This document shows, piece by piece, positions 1 through 6,424 of a stretch of DNA of 11,819 bases; the first letter of the stretch is position 1, and the number at the start of each line of letters is the position of its first letter. Location of the stretch: assembly GCA_046758705.1 (NCBI GenBank), contig JBHIAT010000117.1, forward strand, positions 1 to 11,819, given 5' to 3'. The stretch comes from Candidatus Bipolaricaulia bacterium. GTDB lineage: Bacteria > Bipolaricaulota > Bipolaricaulia > JBHIAT01. The notes beneath the pieces were generated by a model that worked only from the letters and a program-made list of their open reading frames with translations, made no database searches and had not been told where the DNA came from. A program made the translations under genes and the position numbers.

Positions 1-36
1 TGAGTACCTGGAAAGTAAATAGATAATAATCCTACG

Positions 37-1146
37 TTACTCCAGTCGGGCGCGCAGACGGCTGCTGGTATAATCGATCGTCCAGACGACCACCACGATC
101 ATCCACATCATCAGCCCGGCTTCTTGCCACTTCCACAGGCGGGTAAACTGGTAGAGCATCTGGCCGATTCCTCCACCTCCGACGATACCGATGATTGTCG
201 ACATCCGCACGTTGATGTCCCAGCGGTACAACGTGAATGACAGATAGGGATTGATGATCTGAGGGATAATGCCATAGAGAATCACCTGGAACCGGTTCGC
301 CCCGGTGGCGGTGATCGCCTCCACCGGATCGGTATCGATCGACTCGAGCCGCTCCGAGTAGAGCTTGGTCAGATCTGCGATGGAGTGAATCATCAACGCC
401 AACACACCGGCGAATGGACCGATACGCACCCACACCACAAAGACGATCGCCCAGATGATCGGCTCGATGGAACGCATGATGCTCATAACCACGCGTGTGA
501 TGGTATAGATCGTGCGTCCAATCCATCCTTTCATCAGGTTGCGTGCCGCCAAGAAGCTCAACGGGACCGCGAACAGAACACCGAACAGGGTCGCCATCAA
601 CGCCATAAAGATGGTCACGGTCAGGAGCTCAATGCCCATGACCAAGGTCCCCCTGAAGTCGTCAGCCGTCCATGGGGTGACGAGCGACCTCCACACCCGT
701 CCGGTCCTCGGAGCCCCGGTCAGAAGGGCCTTGAAGTCAACCTCGGTGATCAACAGGCCGGCCAGGATGGTCAGCGCGATCAGCAGGAAGGTCGAAATGC
801 CCCAACTGGTTTGATACCATTTCTTTTTTGCCTCCCTTTTCGAGTCGCCGCCTTCCTGTTGCTTCACCCCAGCCACCTTCGTGCCCAACGAGAGACCGAC
901 CATCTCCCAGATGACGACAAGCCCGACGACCGAGATCAGCATCATCCACCATGGGAGGCTGAGGAAGCTCTCCTGTTCATAACGGAGAGAGTTCCAACTG
1001 TAGGAAGAGATCACCCAAAGGTAGAGAAGCACGACCAAATCGATCACAAATGCGACGATCCGCTTTTGAAAGACCCCGATGGTTTTCAGCCACTGAGGTT
1101 TCGGCTCTAGCGCTCCCGTCAATCCTGTATAGGGCTCGCCGCTCAT
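37..1146 (-). CDS. phnE: Phosphonate/phosphate-type ABC transporter permease (PhnE/PtxC family) with N-terminal RDD-like extension, 369 aa
   Basis: PhnE core motifs RSIEPIIWA, GPFAGVLAL, EAA loop (ESIDTDPVEAITATGA) and YRWDINVRMSTIIGIVGGGGIG. Start placed at ATG 1146 (MSGEP), 1 nt after the stop of the upstream permease, rather than at 1182. Confidence 0.9.
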   Translation of the reverse strand: MSGEPYTGLTGALEPKPQWLKTIGVFQKRIVAFVIDLVVLLYLWVISSYSWNSLRYEQESFLSLPWWMMLISVVGLVVIWEMVGLSLGTKVAGVKQQEGGDSKREAKKKWYQTSWGISTFLLIALTILAGLLITEVDFKALLTGAPRTGRVWRSLVTPWTADDFRGTLVMGIELLTVTIFMALMATLFGVLFAVPLSFLAARNLMKGWIGRTIYTITRVVMSIMRSIEPIIWAIVFVVWVRIGPFAGVLALMIHSIADLTKLYSERLESIDTDPVEAITATGANRFQVILYGIIPQIINPYLSFTLYRWDINVRMSTIIGIVGGGGIGQMLYQFTRLWKWQEAGLMMWMIVVVVWTIDYTSSRLRARLE

Positions 1147-1147
1147 C

Positions 1148-2272
1148 CTAAGCCATCCTCTCTCGGATCCGCCCACTGACATAATCCATAATCCATACCA
1201 CCGTTACGATCACCACAATCACAGCCCCGACCTCTTGCCATCTGATCTCGTTTTTATAGTAAAACAGGATTCGTCCGATCCCACCGCCTCCAACGATGCC
1301 GATGATGGTCGACATGCGCACATTGATGTCCCAGCGATATATGGTAAACGCGAGGAACGGGGGGATGATTTGAGGGATGACGCCGTACAGGATGACCTGC
1401 CAGCGACGGGCTCCGGTCGCCGCGATCGCCTCCAGGGGACCGGGATCGATCGATTCCACTTGCTCTGAGTAGAGTTTCCCCAAGGCGGCGATGGTATGGG
1501 CACCTAAGGCCAACATACCGGCAAACGGTCCAAACCGGACCCATATGGCGAACAGAACGGCCCAGACGATCGGTTCGATCGAACGAACGATGTTGAAAAA
1601 GCCTCGGGTGATGGTGTAGATTACCCAACCGATCGGTCCGGTCAACATGATATTTCGCGCGCCGAGAAAACTCAGCGGAACTGCAAACACCACCCCCAAG
1701 AGTGTGGCCATCAGCGCCATATAGATCGTTTCGACGATCGCGGTGGCGATGGAGTCCTGAAGCACAGGCTCAGGGGTGATGAAATGGGTGAAATCCGGGG
1801 TGACAAGCCATTTCCACAGATAGGCGGTTGTAGGCGCACGCTGGATGAACTTCCCGAAATCGATGTCGGTGATCAACCAGCCATGGTAGGCGGTCATGAC
1901 GATCAACACCACCGTCATGATGCCCCAGCTCGTCTTGAACCACCGGGGCCGCGTCCTGGCAACCTCCACCTCGGAGACGGGATAGAACCACTTCAACCCG
2001 AAACTTTGGCCCAACGATTCCCAAAGGACGGCCACCCCCAAGGTAGCGATCGCGGCGATCCACCAACCATAGGTGGGAAAGGTGACACCACGATAAGGGG
2101 GCACGGTTTGACTGTGCCAGTAGTCGATCAGGAAAAAGACCAAGTAAGCGAGATACCCCCAGACGGCCCAGTCGACCAACAGGGCCAATCCGCGCGCCTT
2201 CAAGACCAGGGGGCGTCGTTTCACCCTGCCCCGGATTTCCTCTTTGGCCTTCCCTTTGACTTCGACCTTCAT
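1148..2272 (-). CDS. phnE: Phosphonate/phosphate-type ABC transporter permease (PhnE/PtxC family), second paralog with N-terminal RDD-like extension, 374 aa
   Basis: RSIEPIVWA, GKLYSEQVESIDPGPLEAIAATGA, YRWDINVRMSTIIGIVGGGGIG. GAGGTG SD lies in the end of phnC; 3-nt gap to the phnC stop. Confidence 0.9.
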   Translation of the reverse strand: MKVEVKGKAKEEIRGRVKRRPLVLKARGLALLVDWAVWGYLAYLVFFLIDYWHSQTVPPYRGVTFPTYGWWIAAIATLGVAVLWESLGQSFGLKWFYPVSEVEVARTRPRWFKTSWGIMTVVLIVMTAYHGWLITDIDFGKFIQRAPTTAYLWKWLVTPDFTHFITPEPVLQDSIATAIVETIYMALMATLLGVVFAVPLSFLGARNIMLTGPIGWVIYTITRGFFNIVRSIEPIVWAVLFAIWVRFGPFAGMLALGAHTIAALGKLYSEQVESIDPGPLEAIAATGARRWQVILYGVIPQIIPPFLAFTIYRWDINVRMSTIIGIVGGGGIGRILFYYKNEIRWQEVGAVIVVIVTVVWIMDYVSGRIRERMA

Positions 2273-2275
2273 CGG

Positions 2276-3049
2276 CTAGCGCACCTCTACCTCCTGTGCC
2301 TCCTCACCGTAGATCTCTTTGAACTTGGCCTCATCGATCTCGGCGGGAAGGCCCTCAAAGACGATCTCCCCGTCTTTGAGGGCCAATATCCTCGTGCCAT
2401 ACCTTCTGGCCAAGCTGAGGAAGTGGAGGCTACACAGGATCGTCACCCCAGAGTTTCGGTTCATATCCTCCACATACTTCATCACCGAGTGTGAGGTCGC
2501 CGGGTCGAGGCTCGCCACCGGCTCATCGGCAAGCAACAGCTCCGGCTGCTGCATCAAGGCACGGGCGATCCCCACCCGTTGCTGCTGTCCCCCCGACAGC
2601 TCATCGGCGCGCTTGTAAACCTGTTCCAATATCCCCACCCGCTCCAGATTCGCCAGGGCAAGCTCTCGGTCGGCGGGCGAGAACCGGTAGGTGGCGGTGA
2701 GCCAGGGGCTGGCATACCCGAGCCGACCTGCCAGCACATTCATCAGAACCGAGGAGCGTTTGACCAGGTTGAACTGTTGAAAGATCATCCCCATCTTTCT
2801 TCGGATCCGGCGCATCTCCTTGGGGGAGACGGTGGTGACATCGATTCCGTTGAAGTAGACCTTGCCGGCGGTCGGTTCGATCAACCGGTTGATACAGCGC
2901 AGCAGGGTGGACTTCCCGGAGCCGGACAGCCCGATGATGACGAGAAACTCCCCTCGTTTTACGGAGAAGCTGATGTCGTCCAGGGCGAGCACCTTGCCTC
3001 GCTCATACACCTTGGTCAGATGTTCGACGACTAATTGGTCATCAGCCAT
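2276..3049 (-). CDS. phnC: Phosphonate ABC transporter ATP-binding protein, 257 aa
   Basis: Walker A GLSGSGKST, MIFQQFNLV Q-loop, NVLAGRLG (PhnC-typical), signature LSGGQQQR, Walker B LLLADEPVASLDP, H-loop SLH. Confidence 0.93.
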   Translation of the reverse strand: MADDQLVVEHLTKVYERGKVLALDDISFSVKRGEFLVIIGLSGSGKSTLLRCINRLIEPTAGKVYFNGIDVTTVSPKEMRRIRRKMGMIFQQFNLVKRSSVLMNVLAGRLGYASPWLTATYRFSPADRELALANLERVGILEQVYKRADELSGGQQQRVGIARALMQQPELLLADEPVASLDPATSHSVMKYVEDMNRNSGVTILCSLHFLSLARRYGTRILALKDGEIVFEGLPAEIDEAKFKEIYGEEAQEVEVR

Positions 3050-3075
3050 AGCACCTTATTATTACTTCAGTTGAG

Positions 3076-3115
3076 AAATAAAGGGAAAGGAGGGAGGCGG
3101 AAGCCCCCTCCCTCC
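3076..3115 (-). terminator. Intra-operon hairpin / probable partial Rho-independent terminator between phnD and phnC
   Basis: Minus strand reads GGAGGGAGG-(9-nt loop)-CCTCCCTCC (perfect 9-bp stem, arms 3107-3115 and 3089-3097) followed by an interrupted U-rich run TTTCCCTTTATTT. Confidence 0.65.
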
Positions 3116-3154
3116 ATATCCCTGATCTTCCATGACTCAAGATGTGGACTCCGA

Positions 3155-4447
3155 CTAACCGCCTGCCTCGGTGACATTGATATTGACCTGGCCATCCGCG
3201 TCAGTATAGACGTCCAGCACCTGGAACAGGGTCGAATCACCGGTCTGTTGGTTGGTCAATCGGACCACATCGCCCGCACTGAGCCTTCGATCTCCGTTAT
3301 CCCGATCCACTTTCAACGAGTGGGATTGGTTCCAGATGGGCACCACTTCGCGCCATCCCTCCGATTCCGCCCGACTCAAGGTCAACGGCAGGCGAGCAGC
3401 GGCATCACTCACCTCAAGGCGGACAAACGGGTCGGGGATCTTATATCCGAGGCTCAATCTGACTAGGTTATAAAAGTCATCGGTGATCGGAGCCATATCG
3501 GACCATTCATAGAACTTCGGGTCGCCCCAAACTTCCTTGCCTTCCGGGGTGTGAATGTGGGTGACCAACGCCTCGATGATCTGCTGTCTCTTTTCGGCCG
3601 GGAAACCCTTGACAAAGGCGATACCGTCATTGGGAATCGGACCGGCGACATCGAGAACGGCAATCTCCTCCCACACTTCAGGATACTCGCCCGCTACCGC
3701 GAGGCGGAGATCCACGCCCTTCCAGCGCAGCCTCTCGGGGAAGAGCTGGTTGTTCCAGCGGTCCCAGATCATCAGCTCCGGGTCATCACCCCACTCCCAT
3801 CGGACGCCCTGTGCCTTCAAATAGTCCGGTGCATTTGGCGGGCTGCCATACCCGGTGGCAAAGTCCCCCTGCCCTTCGAGCAGGGCGATCATGGAGTTCG
3901 CATGCCCACCGGTCTCAACCGTATCGCTAACTCGGATCCCTCTGTCCTCCAAGACGATCCTCGGAAACTTATATCCCGAGGTAGATCCCGGGTCGTTGTA
4001 GATCCATACCTTTCCCTGAAGATCCGCGAGCGACTCGATGCCGCTATCGCGCCGGACATAGAAACTCGAGAAATAGAAGTTGTAGCCGCGCCGGACCGAG
4101 GCCAGGGCGATCTCCACCCCTCCGTTGGTCTGCTCGTAGATCTCGACGTACTGAGCGGTGGTCGGGATGGCAAAGGTATCCCCTTCAGCCGTCCTCATCG
4201 CCTCAATGAGGGCGGCATAGTCCGCAGTCATGTGAGCCTCGACAAAAAGCCCGGTCATATCAAAGATCGCCTCCGCGATCGCGTCACCGGCAGCCTGGAT
4301 GACGGGCGCGTCGACCGAGGGCACCAACAGAAGAAAGATCGGCCGCTGCCTCGTTCCCAGCTCCTGCGCTACTGAGACCGTCCCCACTCCCAGCAGCACG
4401 ATCAGCGCTACTACCAACACCGTTTTGAGGAGTAATGCTCTGTGCAC
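3155..4447 (-). CDS. phnD: Phosphate/phosphite/phosphonate ABC transporter substrate-binding protein (PhnD family) with extra C-terminal domain, 430 aa
   Basis: DYAALIEAM, DPGSTSGY, GGH..S..AL.EG..D and IPND motifs. GTG start at 4447 follows a perfect SD AAGGAGGTGA. Sec-type signal peptide (MHRALLLKTVLVVALIVLLGVGTVSVA|QE) with no lipobox Cys. Confidence 0.88.
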   Translation of the reverse strand: MHRALLLKTVLVVALIVLLGVGTVSVAQELGTRQRPIFLLLVPSVDAPVIQAAGDAIAEAIFDMTGLFVEAHMTADYAALIEAMRTAEGDTFAIPTTAQYVEIYEQTNGGVEIALASVRRGYNFYFSSFYVRRDSGIESLADLQGKVWIYNDPGSTSGYKFPRIVLEDRGIRVSDTVETGGHANSMIALLEGQGDFATGYGSPPNAPDYLKAQGVRWEWGDDPELMIWDRWNNQLFPERLRWKGVDLRLAVAGEYPEVWEEIAVLDVAGPIPNDGIAFVKGFPAEKRQQIIEALVTHIHTPEGKEVWGDPKFYEWSDMAPITDDFYNLVRLSLGYKIPDPFVRLEVSDAAARLPLTLSRAESEGWREVVPIWNQSHSLKVDRDNGDRRLSAGDVVRLTNQQTGDSTLFQVLDVYTDADGQVNINVTEAGG

Positions 4448-4452
4448 TCCCC

Positions 4453-4508
4453 TCACCTCCTTCTTTTTTTCCGGTTGTATTTTAGCAATCCCACCCGAAC
4501 CGATGCAA
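4453..4508 (-). promoter_or_regulatory. Putative sigma70 promoter and RBS of the phn operon
   Basis: Minus strand: -35 TTGCAT (4508-4503), 18 nt, -10 TAAAAT (4484-4479) preceded by an extended -10 TGn. SD AAGGAGGTGA at 4462-4453. Confidence 0.6.
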
Positions 4509-4631
4509 ATTCTCCTCATTAGGCTTCTTCAATCTTCGGTTACCGATTACGAGAACCGTTCCGATCTTGATCCCGAGGAGATTTGATCGAACGGTGAGCG
4601 ACCGACTAAACTGACCGACGGAGGGAGTCCG

Positions 4632-5135
4632 ATGAGCGAACTGACCGGGAACAAGCTTTCCGATCATCTCCACGAGCTTCTCAATGGGGAGAACCTCGAG
4701 GAGAAGCTGTGGAATGCAATCCTGATCGTCACGAACGGCCCGGAGGGATGGCCTCATCCGGCGATGCTCTCCTACGGAGAGGTGGTGGCCATCGACCCCG
4801 GGACCCTGAGGTTGGTCACCTGGGAGGGGACGACGACCACCGGAAACCTGAAGCGCAATCCGAACGTGACGCTCATCCTCGTCGATCGCGAGGGTGCTTA
4901 TTACATCAAAGGGCGGGCCGAGCCTCTGGGAAAGATCTCGGAGCGGATCTCGGAATTGGGTGATAAGCGGGTGTCCATGTCGGTCTTCCAAATGGGAATT
5001 ACCCGGGTGCTTGAGGATGTCAACCGACTCACACCGCTGATCACCGGTATCACCTATCGGTTCCGCGGCGACGAGCAGGTTTACCTGAAGGAGAGGGTTA
5101 GTATCCTGGCCAAGGTGCGGGAGTTGGGGGGATGA
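4632..5135 (+). CDS. Pyridoxamine 5'-phosphate oxidase-like FMN split-barrel protein, YclD/PhdC-like (candidate prenylated-FMN maturase/chaperone), 167 aa
   Basis: LLNGENLEEK..AILIVT...GWPHPAMLSYGEVVA...LRLVTWEGTTTTGNL.R...VTL resembles, from memory, Bacillus YclD-type proteins. SD GGAGGGAG at 4620-4627. Stop overlaps the ubiX start (ATGA). Confidence 0.75.
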   Translation: MSELTGNKLSDHLHELLNGENLEEKLWNAILIVTNGPEGWPHPAMLSYGEVVAIDPGTLRLVTWEGTTTTGNLKRNPNVTLILVDREGAYYIKGRAEPLGKISERISELGDKRVSMSVFQMGITRVLEDVNRLTPLITGITYRFRGDEQVYLKERVSILAKVRELGG

Positions 5136-5719
5136 ACGAGCAGCGGACGAGGATCGTCGTCGGCATGACCGGGGCGAGCGGTCAGATCTACGGGATCACC
5201 CTGGTTAAGGCACTTCACGATCTGGAGATCGAGACCCATTTGGTCATCTCCCCGGCTGCCAAGCGGAACCTGTTGCACGAGTTCGACGCCGAGACGGTCA
5301 AGCAGTTGGAGCAACAGGTCGATGTGGTTCACCACTTCCACGATATCGGCGCGAGCCTGGCAAGCGGCTCGTTTCAATATCGCGGGATGGTCATCGCCCC
5401 GTGCAGTATCAACACGATGTCGGCGCTGGCGACCGGGCGGTCGGACAACCTGATCACTCGGGCCGGTGATGTGACCCTCAAGGAACGCCGCCGGCTCATC
5501 TTATTGGTGCGGGAGGAACCGCTCCATGCGATCCACCTGCGTAATATGCTGCGGCTCGCCGAGGCAGGCGCGATCATCTTTCCGGCGATGACCACCTTCT
5601 ACATCAAACCGAAGACGATCCAGGATATCGTTGATCATACCGTCGGCCGGATCCTGGATCTGCTAGGGATCGAGAACCAACTCCACGAGGAGTGGCAGGG
5701 CGATCTGCCCCACCCATGA
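5132..5719 (+). CDS. ubiX: Flavin prenyltransferase UbiX/Pad1, 195 aa
   Basis: GMTGASG, ASGSF, IAPCSINT, NLITRAGDVTLKERRRLIL.VRE.PL, HLRNM, FY..PKTI.DIVD..VGRILD and a C-terminal Trp. Confidence 0.95.
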   Translation: MNEQRTRIVVGMTGASGQIYGITLVKALHDLEIETHLVISPAAKRNLLHEFDAETVKQLEQQVDVVHHFHDIGASLASGSFQYRGMVIAPCSINTMSALATGRSDNLITRAGDVTLKERRRLILLVREEPLHAIHLRNMLRLAEAGAIIFPAMTTFYIKPKTIQDIVDHTVGRILDLLGIENQLHEEWQGDLPHP

Positions 5720-5725
5720 TAACCC

Positions 5726-6150
5726 ATGCGCACCCTGCGAAGACGGGAGTTCCTCCGGTTGCTTTTTGCTGTTCCAGCCTCGGTACTGGGCAACCGGATT
5801 TTGGCTCGGTCAGCTCCCGTTACAAGCCAATTCGAAGCCCAGATCACCGAGTCCATCGGTCAGGCCCAACGGTATCTCCTCAGCGTTCAACACGCGGACG
5901 GTTACTGGGTCGGGATCATGGAATCGGATCCGTCGATGACAGCTCAGTATATCATCCTGGCCCATTATCTCGAACGGGTCGATCAAGAAAAGCAGGCAAA
6001 AGCGGTCGCTTACATCTTGAGACAGCAGAACGAAGACGGAGGGTGGCCGGCCTACCACTTCTGCCAACCTCCGTCTCCCTGCTTGCACTGGCCCGATACG
6101 TTTGGAAGCACGTCCCGTCAAAAAACCTTGACAATAAAACCACCTTTTAA
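5726..6150 (+). pseudogene. shc: Squalene-hopene cyclase remnant: Tat-like leader + SHC N-terminus fused to frameshifted SHC C-terminus (large internal deletion)
   Basis: AQRYLLSVQHADGYWVGIMESDPSMTAQYIILAHYL...AYILRQQNEDGGWPAY matches the SHC N-terminal QW repeats. It is followed directly by YHFCQPPSP and, in the -1 frame, LLALARY, matching the SHC C-terminal YHxYxxxFPLxALARY. The catalytic DxDD is absent. Confidence 0.8.
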
Positions 6151-6180
6151 TTAAGCTAAATTCAGTAAAATTGAAGGAGG
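6128..6180 (+). promoter_or_regulatory. Putative sigma70 promoter and RBS for the small membrane protein-coxG-(prfA) unit
   Basis: Perfect -35 TTGACA (6128-6133), 18 nt, TAAGCT (6152-6157) in an AT-rich patch. SD AAGGAGG at 6174-6180. Confidence 0.65.
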
Positions 6181-6186
6181 CAGATG

Positions 6187-6384
6187 ATGTCCTTAAGAAA
6201 TTTGACCTATGCGACTCTGATCGCCGCCGGGGTCGTCGCCATCTTAGCGGTCGTGTCAGCGTTGGCAACCAAGGTGGGAGGGCTGCCGGCGGAAAGCTAT
6301 GCCCGCGCTGCCACGATCGTGTTGCTCTATGCAATCTCCTTCCTGCTGCTTGAGCTGGTGCGCAGGAAGGACGAAGGTCCCTGA
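6187..6384 (+). CDS. Small hypothetical membrane protein with two predicted TM helices, 65 aa
   Basis: Strong SD AAGGAGG 6 nt before ATG 6187 (alternative ATG at 6184). Two hydrophobic stretches (TLIAAGVVAILAVVSALA; AATIVLLYAISFLLLELV) and a basic RRK after helix 2. Fills the gap between the promoter and coxG. Confidence 0.7.
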   Translation: MSLRNLTYATLIAAGVVAILAVVSALATKVGGLPAESYARAATIVLLYAISFLLLELVRRKDEGP

Positions 6385-6424
6385 AGAAGCGGATGATGGA
6401 GTCAGCGCGCGGCGGGGGTTGGTT

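Noticed and set aside
385-4375. Long plus-strand ORFs (385-1110, 1784-2494, 2579-3034, 3035-3466, 3551-4375)
   Set aside because: Antisense shadows of the phn genes, expected in GC-rich coding DNA; no family motifs or SD sites.
4448-4519. ORF-track N-terminal extension of phnD (MRRICIG...)
   Set aside because: It overlaps the promoter; the perfect SD and signal peptide place the start at GTG 4447.
4463-4631. Pho box, LexA box or FMN riboswitch upstream of phnD/ubiX
   Set aside because: No CTGTCAT-type 11-bp direct repeats, no GAAC-N4-GTTC spacing and no RFN conserved sequence blocks.
5692-6150. 152-aa ORF as an independent gene
   Set aside because: Only its last ~25 codons are meaningful (frameshifted SHC C-terminus); the rest is an alternative frame of ubiX and the shc remnant.
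6299-6424. N-terminal extension of coxG
   Set aside because: It overlaps the small membrane gene, is Cys/Ser-rich junk, and CoxG homology starts at GTG 6425.
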